Of a DNA stretch of 64,000 bases, positions 1-13,680 are shown in pieces. Position numbers and translations under genes: made by a program. Source of the DNA: Stegostoma tigrinum (Eukaryota); assembly GCF_030684315.1 (NCBI RefSeq), contig NC_081377.1:44930017-44994016 (forward strand). Direction: 5' to 3'. Position 1 is the stretch's first letter, and each line of letters opens with the position of its first letter. The notes under the pieces are model-generated. The model was not told the DNA's origin. It saw only the letters and a list, made by a program, of their open reading frames with translations, and searched no databases.

Positions 1-499
1 CTATATACACCACATCAACCACTTTACCCTCATCCACCTGTTTGGTCACCTTCTCAAAGAAGTCAGTAAGGTTTGTGAGGCACGGCCTACCCTTCACAAA
101 ACCGTGTTGACTATCCCTAATCAAATTATTCCTTCCTAGATGATTATAAATCCTATCTCTTATAATCCTCTCCAACACTTTACCCACAACTGAAGTAAGG
201 CTCACTGGTCTGTAATTACCAGGGTTGTCCCTCTTCCCCTTCTTGAACAAAGAGACAACATTTGCTATCGTCCAGTCTCCTGGCACTATTCTTGAAGATA
301 ATGATGACATAAAGATCAAAGCCAAAGGCACCACTATCTCCTCCCTAGCTTCCCAGAGAATCCTAGGATACATCCCATCCGGGCCAGGGGACTTATCTAT
401 CTTCACACCTTCCAGAATTGCTAACACATCCTCCTTGTGAACCTCAACCCCATCTAGTGTAATAGCCTGTGTCTCTGTATTCTGCTTGACAACATTGTC
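1..499 (-). mobile_element. CR1 LINE reverse transcriptase fragment
   Basis: Reverse translation HGFVKGRPCLTNLTDFFEKVTKQVDEG and NYRPVSLTSVVGK. Confidence 0.85.
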
Positions 500-925
500 T
501 GTACGAAGTGGGAGGAATTAAAAGAGAATTTGTTGAGAGTGAGGATGAGTTTGGCTAAGTGGATCGGGGTGTCAGTGGGGGGTGGGGTCTGGTCGGGCCT
601 ATGGGACAGGAAGTAGCTTAGGGCCTTTAGGCCATCTGAATGGGGAATGCAGATGTATAGGGACTGGATACCCATGGTAAAGATGAGGTGTTGGGGACCA
701 GGGAATTGGAAGTTTCGGAGGAGGTGGACAGCATGGGTGCTGTCGCGGATGTAGGTAGGGAGTTCCTGGACCAAGGGGAGAAAATGGAGTTGAGATAGGT
801 GGAGATGAGTTCGGTGGGGCAGGAGCAGGTGGAGACAATGGGTCAACCAGGGCAGGCGGGTTTGTGGATTTCAGGAAGGAGATAGAAACGGGCGGTGCAG
901 GGTTGGAGAATGATGAAGTTAGAGT
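500..925 (-). mobile_element. Penelope-like element RT fragment
   Basis: ORF 454-846: LPTYIRDSTH...LIFTMGIQSLYICIPH.DGLKAL, a Penelope RT motif region. Confidence 0.8.
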
Positions 926-1383
926 GAATGGACAGCTGGGTTGAGGATAATCAGGTCAGGTCAGCAGTAGAGGAGGTGGTTAGCAGAATTATGAGACGTA
1001 ATTAGGTTGGGTCAACGGCAGCCAGGTCAGATTGGGTCAGAATGTAAGGGTAAGCTCGGATGGAGGGGGTGGTTGAAAGGTCAGAGGGTATCAGTGGAGC
1101 AGTTGTTGGGTTCAGTAAGTGTGAATATCCATAACCATTCTGCAGTTACCCAGGGCCTGCATCAGGATGCAATCTGACCAACATTTTGTGGGTAACTATT
1201 CAAGTCAATAATGAAACAGTCAAAAGTCTTCAGCATTAGCTCAGACTGAAAGACTTTGGGGAGCTGAGGAACTATCTGTCAGAAGTTCAAACTTCCCAGA
1301 GAATGCCCACAGAGATCAGCATGTTGGGGCTTCTGCAGGGTCCTGACCCACATCATGGGTCATACGTTCGGTCTCCAACAATA

Positions 1384-1693
1384 GAGGTGGCTCAGTGGTT
1401 AGGACTGCTGCCTCAAAGTGCTAGAGACCTAGGTTCAATTCCACCCTCGGGTGACTGTCTGTGTGGAGCCTGCACATTCTCCCTGTGTCTGTGTGGGTTC
1501 CCTCCAGGTACTCAGGCCTCCTCCTACAGTCCAAAGATGTGCAGGCTAAGTGGATTGTCCATGCTAAATTGCCTTCAGCGTTTAGGGATGTGTATCTTGC
1601 GTGGGTTATAAGGTCTGGGTGGGATTCTCCAAGGTTTGGTGTGGACTTGTTGGGCCAAAGGGCCTGTTTCCGCTCTGTACAGATTCTATGTCT
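1384..1693 (+). mobile_element. HE1-like tRNA-derived V-SINE
   Basis: A box TGGCTCAGTGG, B box GGTTCAATTCC, V-domain TGTGTGGAG..CACATTCTCCCTGTGTCTG and CR1-like tail. Confidence 0.85.
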
Positions 1694-1744
1694 ATCTGGG
1701 TCATTTAATGCTGTATGTTACATCTGAATTTTATCTGCATGAAC

Positions 1745-2525
1745 AGTTGAGGTAGTTGATGGGAAGTTAAATACTTTCTGATTGTGAGGAAGGAAATATA
1801 AGAGGGGAAATTATCTAGACTGTTGTTATGGTTTGGGGAAACTCCCAGAATAAAGGCAACATCTGTATTAACCAGGAGATGACACATCAAGAAGGAAATG
1901 GATGGAAATATATAAATCAGTCATAGCGCAAAATTTGTAGAAACTTCAGTTGCATAAGTTAGCCCATTGATCTGGTAAACTTTTCTCAGATGCATGTAAC
2001 TACCAAAGTAGAAAGGCTTGGTGGGGTTTAAGCACACAGGCCTTTAAAATACCATGAACAGGTGCGGAAAATAATCAAGAAAGTCAATGGAGTACCAGAC
2101 TTTATATCTAGAGGGCTGGAGTACAAGGTTGTGGACATTAAACTGCAGTTATACAAAACCGAGGTTAGACCTCACTGGCAGGACGGAAGCAGATCTGGTT
2201 AGACCCCATTGAGAGGACGGCAAGCTGATCTGGTTAGACCCCACTGGGAGGACTGTAAGCAGATCTGAGCATCATCCCTCAAGAAGAATATGTTTGCCTT
2301 GGGGGAAGGATGATGTAGGTACCTGGTTAAATTATGCAAGAGGCTATTCAAATTTGATCTGTTTTCTCTTGCATTTAGAAGGTTAAGGGGGTGATCTGAT
2401 CGAAATCTTCAAGATTTAAACAGGAAAAGACAGGGTATATAAAAATAAACTATACTCACTGGTTGGGGATTCTAGACCTAGGGGGCATAGTCTGAGAATT
2501 AGGGCCAGACCGTTCAGGAGAGATA
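1745..2525 (+). mobile_element. Degraded CR1 3' region with an internal 3x about 35-bp tandem duplication (2163-2266)
   Basis: VRPH-encoding GGTTAGACCCCACT unit repeated three times; typical AGAAGGTTAAGGGG..GATCTGAT CR1 sequence. Confidence 0.7.
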
Positions 2526-2539
2526 CAACTGGTACAGGT

Positions 2540-3095
2540 AAGCCTTATAGAGCGTGAAAACAGACCTTTCAGTTCAAATAGTACAAGCTGGCCATGTTCC
2601 CAAACTAAACTAGTCTCACCTCCTATGTTGGCCCATATGCCCTCCAATTCTGTTTTTTATTCACGTGCTTATCCAAATGTCTTTTAAACTTTGCAACTGT
2701 ACCAGGATCTTTCACTTTATTCCCTACACTAACCAGTCTCTGCGTGAAGATGTTGCCCGTCATGTCCTTTTCGAATCTTTCTCCTCCCAGCTTTAAAATC
2801 CATCTTCGGTCCGCCTCCTCCTCTCTCCCATTTATTCCAGTTCCCTCCCCCCATCCCCCTCTCTGATGAAGGGTCTAGGCCCGAAACGTCAGCTTTTGTG
2901 CTCCTGAGATGCTGCTTGGCCTGCTGTGTTCATCCAGCCTCACATTTTATTATCTTGGAATCTCCAGCATCTGCAGTTCCCATTATCTCCTCTCTCTCTC
3001 TTTAAAATATGCCCCCCCGTTTTGAAATTTCCCACCTTAAGAAAACCTTTACTATTCACCTTACCTATGCACGTCATGATTTTAAAAACCTCCAC
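2540..3095 (-). mobile_element. CR1 3' end interrupted by a Penelope terminal fragment (about 2800-2990, +)
   Basis: CR1 tail sequence on both sides of the CTGATGAAGGGTCTAGGCCCGAAACGTC...CCCATTATCTC segment. Confidence 0.7.
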
Positions 3096-4189
3096 ATGGC
3101 GTTATGGACCAGGCCAGATCTTCTCAAAATATTTTAAGAAGGTAGCATAGACCCTAACTTTTTCTCATTTGAAAAGTAGATGTAAAGTGCATTTTCTAGA
3201 TGTGATGCGACTGGTCAAACTACTCAACACTAAGCAAAACACAATTTATTTGAACACTATAGTTAAAACCCAAACAACAGAAAGAAGAGTTGAGAATAAC
3301 CTAATTATTGGAAAACTTAGGCTGTTGGGAAGTACTTCAACACACAAAGGATGGTAGATATTTGGAATCCTCTTCCACAAATGGCAATGGATGCTGGATC
3401 AGTATTTTAAATCTTAGATAGATAATTTTCTTGTTAAGCAAAGGTTTTGAAGGACATGGGCCAAAGGCATTTATATGGAGTTAGGCCATAGATCATCTCA
3501 TACAGAGCAGGTTCAAGGAGCTGAAAGGCCTTCTCCTGTTCCTAATGTTCCTATGAAAGGAAGGGTACTCAAAAACATCAATTTTATTGCCATAATATTC
3601 AATAATGCCAGTAAGTTTTTTTTTATTATTCCTATAGACAGTTGGTGAACTTGAATGGAATGAAGAAAAAGTAGTGGCAGGAACTATATATGCAAATGTG
3701 ATTTCTCAAGAATCTCTTGAACATAAACCAAATCAAAGATCAGGTAAACGAAACACACTTAAATAAGGCTATCATTGTTACTCAAAGACTGACCTTGTCA
3801 TTATTCCAAATATCTAGAAAATATTTTTTCTCCATGTGTCAATTCATCTTTGGCATCTTTACTCTCAATTTATCACCATTGTCCTCCCCCTCTTTCAAAT
3901 GCCCATAACAATCTTGGCTGTTTGAAAAATGTTCCATTCCTTAAGGGTTAGGCAAGGACATCCACTGAGGCACATGAAGTTTTTTTTAAAACATGTGTAT
4001 TCATTTTTTGATTCTTGTTGTGGCATTTTTACCAACCATAAATTTGCTACGTAGCAAATTCACCTCCTGGAGTGCCCATTTCTAATTAAAAATGTTGGCA
4101 ATGTTCATTCAAAATCTTGGTTCTATCCCACCATGCCCCTCTCAAGATCTGTACTGTTTTACCATATTCAACAAAGCATTAGTGACACC

Positions 4190-4393
4190 TGAGATAACAA
4201 GGTGTAGAGCTGGATGAACACAGCAGGCCAAGCAGCATCAGAGGAGCAGGAAGGCTGACATTTCTGGCCTAGGCCCTCTAGGCCTGAAACATCAGCCTTC
4301 CTGCTCCTCTGATGCTGTTTGGCCTGCTGTGTTCATCCAGCTCTACACCTTGTTATCTCAGATTTTCCAACATCTGCAGTTCCTGTTATCTCT
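4190..4393. mobile_element. Palindromic Penelope-end-derived miniature element
   Basis: Arms 4190-4272 and 4278-4360 are near-perfect reverse complements; same sequence as the ends of GIY-YIG elements in this window. Confidence 0.85.
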
Positions 4394-4414
4394 ATTAGTG
4401 ACACCTCCTGGTAG

Positions 4415-6125
4415 GCAGGTCCCTGCATTCTCCCCAAACCCTTTCATCTCTTTACCCCTAAGAATTATATCTAACTTCTTCTTGAAAATATTCAATGTTT
4501 TGGCCTTAACTGCATTCTGTGGCAGAGAATTTCACAAGTTCACCACTCTTTGGGCGAAGAAAGTTCTCCTTATCTCTGTTCAAAATTGCCTACCTCTTAT
4601 TCTTTGATTCTGCCTTCTGAAAGAGACCTGTTAGAATTGTATAGTTTTTACAAGATTTGCCCTCATTCTTCTAAACTCTAAACAGTGAATGTGATGTTAA
4701 CCGACCTGGTATCTGTTTGTACAACAGCCTTGGCATCCAGTTTTGACAGGAATGTGTCTGGCAAATTTTCATTGCAATCTTTTCATGGCCTGAACATCCT
4801 TCCTCTGATAAGATCAAAGCTGCACACAATACTCCAGGTGTGGTTACACTAAGGCTCTGTGCAGTTGCACATCATATCACTGCTCCTGTACGCAAGGACA
4901 ACATACTATGTGCATTCTTCACTACCTACTGCAGCTGAATGCTTACTTGCAATGACTGGTGTACAAGGATACCTGGGTTTCATGGCATCTCCCCCTTTCC
5001 TGTTCTGCTACCATTTCAGATTATATTCTGCCTTCCTGTTTTTGCTACCCAAATGGATAACTCACATTTATCCACACTATACTGAATTTGCTCACTCACT
5101 AAACTTGTCCAAATCAGACTGAAGCTTCTCTGTATCTTCATCGCAGCTCATCTTCCCACCCAGCTTTGTGACATCTGCAAAACAAAGATGTTACATTTAG
5201 TTCCTTCATCTAAATCATGAATATATACATTGTGAATAGCTGAGGCCCAAGCACTGATCCCCCAAAATCCCATTAGTCACTGGGTGGCAAACAGAAAAAA
5301 ATACTATGTATTCCCACTCTTTGTTTCGTGTCTTGTAACCAGTTCTCTATCCATCTCAGCACACTACCCCAATACCATGCGCTTTAATTTTACACACTGG
5401 TCTCTTATGTGGGACCTTATTGAAAGCTTTATGAAAGTCCCAAGTAATGTGCATCCACCAGTTCTAATGATCAACTCTGCTAGTTACATCCTTGGAAAAT
5501 TCCAGTAAATTTGCAAATCATGATTTCCCAATTGTAAATCTATTCTGACTCTGTTCGATTCTGTCACTATTTTCTAAGTGCTCTGCTACTAAATATTTTA
5601 TAATGAACTATTGCACTTTCCCCACCAATGTCAATGTGAGGCTAACTGATTTTTAATTCCGTTTTCTCTCTAGCTCCTTTTAAAAAAGTAATAGAGCCAT
5701 ACAGACAGGAAACAATACCTTCGTGCCAACATATCCATGCTGACCAAGTTTCTCAAACTAAACCAACCCCATTTGCTGACGTTTGGCCCAAATCCCTCTG
5801 AACCTTTCCTGATCTTGTCTTTTAAATGTAACTGTGCCTGCATCCTCTGACAGTTCATTCCAAACATGAACTACCTTCTGTGTGAAAAAGTTGCCCCCCA
5901 GGTACCTTTCAAATCTTTCTCCTCTCATCTTAAAAATATGACCCTAGTTTTGAACTCCCTTTCCTCATCTATGCCCCTTATCCTTCTAATAAACCTCTAT
6001 AAGGTGAGCCATCTACCTCCTACGCTCCAGTGAAAAAAGTCCCAGTCTATCCAACCCATCCTTATAACGCAAACCCTCCAGTCCTGGCAACAGCCTGAGA
6101 AATCTTTTCCGAACACTCTCCAATT
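4415..6125 (-). mobile_element. Two degraded CR1 copies
   Basis: Reverse CR1 3' motifs (TTCACCACTCT, CTTCTAAACTC, CACAATACTCCAGGTGTGG); second tail starts about 5693. Confidence 0.75.
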
Positions 6126-6794
6126 GAGTTTTGGAACAGGTTACAAACATCGAAGCTTTGTGCTTTTAGATTAATGCCAAACCTAGTTCAAAGCTTCAAG
6201 TATATGTTTGACTGATAGTTCTGCTGACCAGCTAGCATGTGGTTCTAGGGTGTACTGGTTAATCTGAGTTCAAATCTCAGGAGAACTTTAATTTTAGAGG
6301 ATAATGATTAAGTTACTGACCAAGAAATCCAGTTTCCTCAGGTAATAATTTAGAGGATATGAGTCTTAGAAACCAGTAAATAAAAAAGCGTTGGTTTCAG
6401 TTAAAATGACTATGCAACTGTCAGACTGTAAAATATGTACCACTCCAATAACACTCTAGATGTCAGGAACTCCCCTACCCCAACCCAGATTCTGGGCCAC
6501 AATATTACTGCTATCTCATACAGTCTGACATTTAACTTAAATTGCCTCCAAGATATTCAAATTTAAGAAAGCAGGGAAACAAGTATTGATACCAATAAAT
6601 GTCAACTTTGTCTGTACTGACCAAAGTTGAGGTTCTAAATTATAAGGTTTGAAAATTTGTCCCTCAGTTAAAGATTTCAGATCTGACATGAGTTGACTTC
6701 ATCATATTTTAGTTTGAGAGAAAATAAGAAGTCAGGATTCCTGTTCCTCTTCACTATCAACAGACTCTTCTTGAAAGAACAGATATTTGGCTAG

Positions 6795-7567
6795 TGATAA
6801 TGGGAACTGCAGATGCTGGAGAATCCGAGATAACAAAGTGTGGAGCTGGATGAATACAGCAGGCCAAGCAGCATCTCAGGAGCACAAAAGCTGACGTTTC
6901 GGGCCTAGACCCTTCATCAGAGAGGGGGATGGGGAGAGGGTTCTGGAATAAATAGGGAGACAGTGGGAGGCGGACCGAAGATGGAGAGAAAAGAAGATAG
7001 GTGGAGAGGAGAGTATAGGTGGGGAGGTAGGGAGGGGATAGGTCAGTCCAGGGAAGACAGACAGGTCAAGGAGGTGGGATGAGGTTAGTAGGTGGGAGAT
7101 GGAGGTGCGACTTGGGGTGGGAGGAAGGGATGGGTGAGAGGAAGAACAGGTTAGGGAAGCAGAGACAGGTTGGACTGGTTTTGGGATGCAGTGGGGGGAG
7201 GGAAAGAGCTGGGCTGGTTGTGTGGTGCAGTGGGGGGAGGGGACGAACTGGGCTGGTTTTGGGATGCGGTGGGGGAAGGGGAGATTTTGAAGTTGGTGAA
7301 GTCCACATTGATACCATTGGGCTGCAGGGTTCCCAAGCGGAATATGAGTTGCTGTTCCTGCAACTTTCGGGTGGCATCATTGTGGCACTGCAGGAGGCCC
7401 ATGATGGACATGTCATCTAAAGAATGGGAGGAGGAGTGGAAATGGTTTGCGACTGGGAGGTGCAGTCGTTTATTGCGAACCAAGCGGAGGTGTTCTGCAA
7501 AGCGGTCCCCAAGCCTCCGCTTGGTTTCCCCAATGTAGAGGAAGCCACACCGGGTACAGTGGATGCA
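6795..7567 (-). mobile_element. Penelope-like element 3' part (GIY-YIG endonuclease C-terminus plus terminal repeat)
   Basis: ORF ...HLPVANHFHSSSHSLDDMSIMGLLQC...EQQLIFRLGTLQPNGINVDF; nearly identical to 9048-9815. Confidence 0.9.
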
Positions 7568-8242
7568 AGCCCAGTGAGAACTATTGATGAATCTTCAGTT
7601 TTGGCCAATGTTTGGCTTTGGCCCAAAGCAATGCTGACCAGAAATGTGAGGTCCAAGGCTCCACAGGAGCCAGGGAATTCTACCTGAAAGATGTAATTCT
7701 CTTTCACCAAAGATCTCCTTGTCCTCACACCAGACTAGCAGTGTGACAACAAAGGCCTTTATTGTCAATATTTCTGGATATTGCCTTCATAGTTTTTTCT
7801 CTCCAAGGACTGAAAGCAATGCACCATGAGAATTCTTGGCTGTAATGAGGACTGGGACTACTCTCTGTGGGCATTCCCAATTCACAATGCTGTATTCCTT
7901 AATCAGATATTAAGTACTTTTAGATTTTTCGTCACTTGTTATGACCCTACCTGGAAAGTCCCTTGCCTGATGCTAGATTAACATTAGCTGCAGAGGGCAA
8001 TAATAGCCCATATAAGGGTATGAATTGGCAATGAAGCAGGAAAGCTGTGCATGCTAATACATCATCCACAACCCCATCAACACTCATCCTATTAATGATG
8101 TCAGCTTATTGAATGCTTTTTGGAAATCCAAGCATATTACGTCTCCTTGTACCTCTTCATCTGCTCTGCTGCATTCTTAAAAATATTCTAATAAACTCGT
8201 CAAACAAGATTTTCTTTTCATGAACCCAAATTGGCATGTTCC

Positions 8243-8453
8243 AAGATAACAAGGTGTAGAGCTGGATGAACACAGCAGGCCAAGCAGCATCAAAGGAGCA
8301 GGAAAGCTGACGTTTCGGGCTTTTTTCTGAAGAAGGGTCCAGGCCCGAAACGTCATCCTTCCTGCTGCTCTGATGCTGCTTGGTCTGCTGTGTTCATCCA
8401 GCTCTACATCTTGTTATCTCAGATTCTCCAGTATCTGCAGTTCCTACTATCTC
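8243..8453. mobile_element. Palindromic Penelope-end-derived miniature element
   Basis: Inverted arms AAGATAACAAGGTGTAGAGCTGG...CCAGCTCTACATCTTGTTATCT. Confidence 0.85.
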
Positions 8454-9047
8454 TTGACATGTTCCAATCATACTATACCATTTCTAAATGCATATCTCCT
8501 AACAATAGAGTCCAGCATTTATCCAATGACGACTGTCAGGCTAACTGAACTATTGCTCCTGGTTTTCACTCTCTTTTCTTCCTGGATATGCAGTGTTACT
8601 TTTGCAAATGTCCAAACTCAAGGGTCCATTCAAAAGTCTAGGAATTTTTGGAAAATTGTAGCCCTCACACCCACTATCACTGCGGTAATCTCTTTTAGAA
8701 GCCTATGGTGTTGGCTGTCCAGTTTTAGGAATTTGTTGGATTTTATTCACTTGAGTGCCACATTATCCGTGAAATTTATCCATGATTTTGTACAATTGTG
8801 TGAAAGACTGTTAATGCAAAGTACTATTCATGCAGCCATATTATTGTCCTAGCATGAAACGTTTGCTTAACACGTTATTCAAATCTTTGAGATACTTTGT
8901 CTTATGAGGGTAATTTAGGATAGACTGGGCATTTTTGAGATCTGCCATGATGCCAGGTTTGGAGGGCTTTCATTCCAGTGCCAGGCTGATTGAATCAAGC
9001 AAAATGTTCCTTTGCTGTTCATAACGGACAGAGCACAGACAATGCTG

Positions 9048-10097
9048 AGTGATAATGGGAACTGCAGATGCTGGAGAATCCAAGATAACAAAATGTGAGG
9101 CTGGATGAACACAGCAGGCCAAGCAGCATCTCAGGAGCACAAAAACTGGCGTTTTGGGCCTAGACCCTTCATCAGAGAGGGGGATGGAGTGAGGGTTCTG
9201 GAATAAATAGGGAGAGAGGGGGAGGCAGACCGAAGATGGAGAGAAAAGAAGATAGGTGGAGAGGAGAGTATAGGTGTGGAGGTAGGGAGGGGATAGTCAG
9301 TCCAGAGAAGACGGACAGGTCAAGGAGGTGGGATGAGGTTAGTAGGTAGGAGATGGAGGTGCGGCTTGGGGTGGGAGGAAGGGATGGGTGAGAGGAAGAA
9401 CGGGTTAGGGAAGCAGAGACAGGTTGAACTGGTTTTGGGATACAGTGAATGGAGGGGAAGAGCTGGGCTGGTTGTGTGGTGCAGTGGGGGGAGGGGACAA
9501 ACTGGGCTGGTTTTGGGATGCGATGGGGGAAGGGGAGATTTTGAAGCTGAAGTCCACATTGATACCATTGGGCTGCAGGGTTCCCAAGCGGAATATGAGT
9601 TGCTGTTCCTGCAACTTTCGGGTGGCATCATTGTGGCACTGCAGGAGGCCCATGATGGACATGTCATCTAAAGAATGGGAGGGGGAGTGGAAATGGTTTG
9701 CCACTGGAAGGTGCAATTGTTTATTGCGAACCGAGCGGAGGTGTTCTGCAAAGCGGTCCCCAAGCCTCCGCTTGGTTTCCCCAATGTAGCGGAAGCCACA
9801 CCGGGTACAGTGGATGCAGTATACCACATTGGTAGATGTGCAGGTGAACCTCTGCTTAATATGGAAAGTCAGCTTGGGGCCTGGGATAGGGGTGAGGGAG
9901 GAGGTGTGGGGGCAAGTGTAGCATTTCCTGCAGTTGCAGGGGAAGGTGCCGGGTGTGGTGGGGTTGGAGGGCAGTGTGGAGCGAACAAGGGAGTCACGGA
10001 GAGAGTGGTCTCTCCGGAAAGCAGACAAGGGTGGGGATGGAAAAATGTCTTGGGTGGTGGGGTCGGATTGTAGATGGCGGAATTGTCGGAGGATGAG
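9048..10097 (-). mobile_element. Penelope-like element, 5'-truncated, with GIY-YIG domain
   Basis: ORF 9405-10115: PCNCRKCYTCPH linker then VVYCIHCTRCGFRYIGETKRRLGDRFAEH. Confidence 0.92.
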
Positions 10098-12299
10098 TGG
10101 AGTTGCAAAACCCAAAATAAACCATCTACCATGAAATGCGATTCCACGGTTGGGGACATTTTTTGAATAATTCTGAATGTATTAACAGCTGCAATAAAAA
10201 CCATTTAAAATAATCAGTTAAGCTTGTAACTTGCTTGTAATTTGAGTTTGCTAAAGTGAAATACATTTACACAGGGACTTGCTCCCTGCAAACAAAGTAA
10301 AACATTTTGAAGCCTTGTATATTTTTGAATTACTCAGAAACTGGGGGACTTTTCTCCATGTCAATGCCTTGGACAATCAGCGTCAACCTCACCAACGAAT
10401 CACCAACATTTTCTCCAGTAGTTTAAATTGCTGTGATCATTTGAAATTTAACATTCCTGCATTAGTCCACGTGTGCAAAATCATCTCATACCTATCCTTT
10501 CAGCAATATATGTTTGACTGTGGTACTCCCGGTGTCTGGAGGTTCTTTATTCTTATCTCATGATTCAGTAGATTCTGGTTCCTATTTGGCCTCTCAGTGA
10601 ATGTTGTTTGGGCAAACCAGGTCACTGCACTGAATGAGCTGTTGCTTGTGTTAAAGGTTGCTACCAACATCCTCTTTTACTGTAGGAAGCTTTAGGACAT
10701 AAATGTAGTCAGATTTTGAGTAAATAAGGGAATGAAATGTTATGAGGGAAAATGTGGGAAGGCGGTGTTGAGGATCATCAGATCAGTCATGATCTCATTC
10801 AGTGACAGAGCATGCTCGATGGGTTAAATGGTCTACTTATGTTCCTGGTGCCCATGCCTGCTTGGTTCAGTATAGTAGAGGAAAATCACTTGCCAGTCTA
10901 GTCTCTTATAGTTAACAAGAAGTAATTAATTGCCTGTTCGCAACCAGTTACAGCTTACGTTGATATGGTAGACATCAATTAACTTTGAAGACCAGATGTC
11001 TCATTTTATCTTCCCAATCCTGTTCATATGACACCACCACAGTGGGTCATGCCTATGGTACACCTATGGTACCTCAGTATTAACCCTTTCAGACCTTTAC
11101 ACAACAGTGACAATCTTATTGCTCCTTCACGCATGTGAAATAATTTCTACTTCAGCTTTATCCTAGGTTTAGACCTGTATTGGATCACTCTTCAGCATTG
11201 TCTTTGCAAGGAAAAAGACCCAACCGGGGACAAGACATGTGGACCTAGTTATAGAAAATGATCTGGTACAGTAATTGACTTTGCTCTGTGATAAAACCTT
11301 TACAAACAAAAACGTATGAATTGGGCTCTGGGAAGGCAGCAGACATTAGCTATTCATTAGGATATATGTCCAACGTAACATTTCATCAAGAGCATAGGCC
11401 ATATCTTGTGACATTCCCAAAGTACTGAAACTCTGTAGATGAATTTTCATGCCTATGTATGATCTTGTTTGTCCTATGTTCTAATACGTTATGTTAATGA
11501 GCAGTGACACCTAGTGTCTGATGGGCATTGTAGGACATTGGTAATACAATATATACCTACCTTCTTATCAGCACAAAAACATGGTGTTTCTTTATCTAAC
11601 AAATAACAAAATGAATCTATCTACTCTGATTTCTTGCGAATTGGCTATGATGCATGATCATGGTCTCAAGGCAGAAGAAAAAGCTTACACATTAACAATA
11701 GCCAGTTCAAGCAAAGTTATTTGTCCATGAAATACCACGTGTGAGATAATAGCAAAATCTGCTTTCAATGATATAGTACTTTAGTGTACCAAAACGTCCC
11801 ATGAAGCTTCATAGCAGCATTAAGAGACAAGTGTCAGCTCCAAATCAATGATGCAATATTAGAACCAGTGACAATCAGCGAGCAATTTTCTCTAAAGTCA
11901 ATAATTAGGTGCGAAGGGACAGATCCTCCTCCAGCTTTGTAGTTTTCAACATAATGCACTTTCTTTTGCTGTGCAACCCTGAGAATGTAGCTGCTGTACC
12001 TAAAACCAGTAAAATAACAACTGAATGCACAACATTAGTAAACTTGTATCTGTGCAACGTCGTGAAAAATGTGAAGTGTAAAAATAAATACCATTGTATT
12101 CTACGTAGCATGTTGAAAACCCAGAGTGGGCATGTGTACTGACAAGCCAATGTCTTGTTGCCCTGCAGATTTACTTAGGTAATATTTTGACGCAAGTCAA
12201 CCTAGCTGGCTTCAACTGGTACCATTTCCAGGTAAAAGAATCTAAAACCACATATCAATAGGCTCAAGTTAACTGGTTCCAAATTGCCTGTCAACTTAT

Positions 12300-13030
12300 A
12301 AAGTTATAGAGGTTTACAGTATGGAAACAGGGTCTTTGTCCAACTTGTCTGTGCTGCCCAGCTTTTACAACTAATCTAGTCCCAATTTCCTGCCTTTGGG
12401 CCATATCCCTCCACACCTATCCCATCCACTTGTGTCCAAAAGATTCTTGAATGGCAAAATTGTACTCACCTTCACCAATACCTCTGGCAGCCCATTCCAG
12501 GCACTGACTACCATCTGTATGAAAAACTGCCCTGGACCCTTTTGTATCCCTCGCTCACCTTAAACCTATACTCTCTAGTTTTAGACTCCACTACCATGGG
12601 AAATAGCTGTTGGCTATCTACTTTATCTATGCCTCTCACAATCTTATAGACTTCTATAAGGTCAGCCATCAATCTCCTACACTCCAAGGAAAAATATCCC
12701 AGCCTATCCACCCTCTCCTTATGACTCAAACCTTCCAGTCCAAGTTGCATCCTAGTAATTTTTTTTCTATGCTCTTTCTAGTTTGTAACCTTTATATAGT
12801 TGGTTGACCAGAGCTGCACACAGTACTCTAAATATGGCCACACCAATGTCTTGTACAGCTGCAACAAAAAATGTCCCGACTCCTATACTCAACGCTGTGC
12901 CCAATGAAAGCAAGCATACTGAAAGCCTTCTTCACTATCCTGTCTACTTGTTACTCCACTTTGACAGATCAAGAACTTGTACCTCTAGATCTCTTTGTTG
13001 TATATCACTTCATACAGCCCCGCCATTGAC
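12300..13030 (-). mobile_element. CR1 3' fragment
   Basis: ORF 12508-12750 LEGLSHKERVDRLGYFSLECRRLMADLIEVYKI. Confidence 0.85.
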
Positions 13031-13377
13031 TGTTGTTCCAATAAACATCAGTTGGTTCCAGGCATCAGCTGGTAACAGTACGATTCAAATAGCCCAGTTA
13101 AAGTGAATTGGGAAACTTGGGTTACTAACAGGCTGCCAGTTATAACTTCAATCTAGTTGCATAGAGTTAAAATCATTACCCATTAATTTCAATCCAAATC
13201 AGTTATCTCCGATTGATATTCACGACTGGTTTCAACTGATGTTTGCTTGAGTGAAAAATGTCACATGGGATGAAGGCAAAGAGGATTAGGTAGGAAACTC
13301 CAAAGCCTAGGGCTTAGATAACTGATAAAATAGCCACCACTGACGGGCAAAGTAGATGAAGGGCAACAAATAAATAG

Positions 13378-13680
13378 GGTGACACAACAATTAGCACTGT
13401 GCTTCACAGCACCAGACATGTGGGTTCAATCCCAACTTGGGTGACTGCATGGAGTTTGTATGTTTTCCATGTCTGCTTAGGTTTCCACCAGGTGCCCCAG
13501 TTTCCTTCCAAAAATGAACAGATTAGGTGGAATGGCTGTACTAAATTAGTCCATAGCATGCAGGTTAGGTGAATTAGGCACGGTAAATGCAGGGTTACAG
13601 GGTCTGGGTATAAGAGGAATGCTCTTCAGGTGGATGCAGACCTGATGAGCTGAATGGTCTCTTTCTGTAGGGATTCTGTG
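13378..13680 (+). mobile_element. Degraded HE1-like SINE
   Basis: TTAGCACTG..CACAGCACCAG..GGGTTCAATCCC..GGAGTTTG pattern. Confidence 0.75.

Noticed and set aside
1384-1450. tRNA-like A and B boxes (also 13378 and 16369)
   Set aside because: These are SINE heads continuing into the V-domain, not tRNA genes.
7066-10204. Many overlapping 100-130 aa ORFs on both strands
   Set aside because: Alternative frames of stop-poor Penelope sequence, repeated in each copy.
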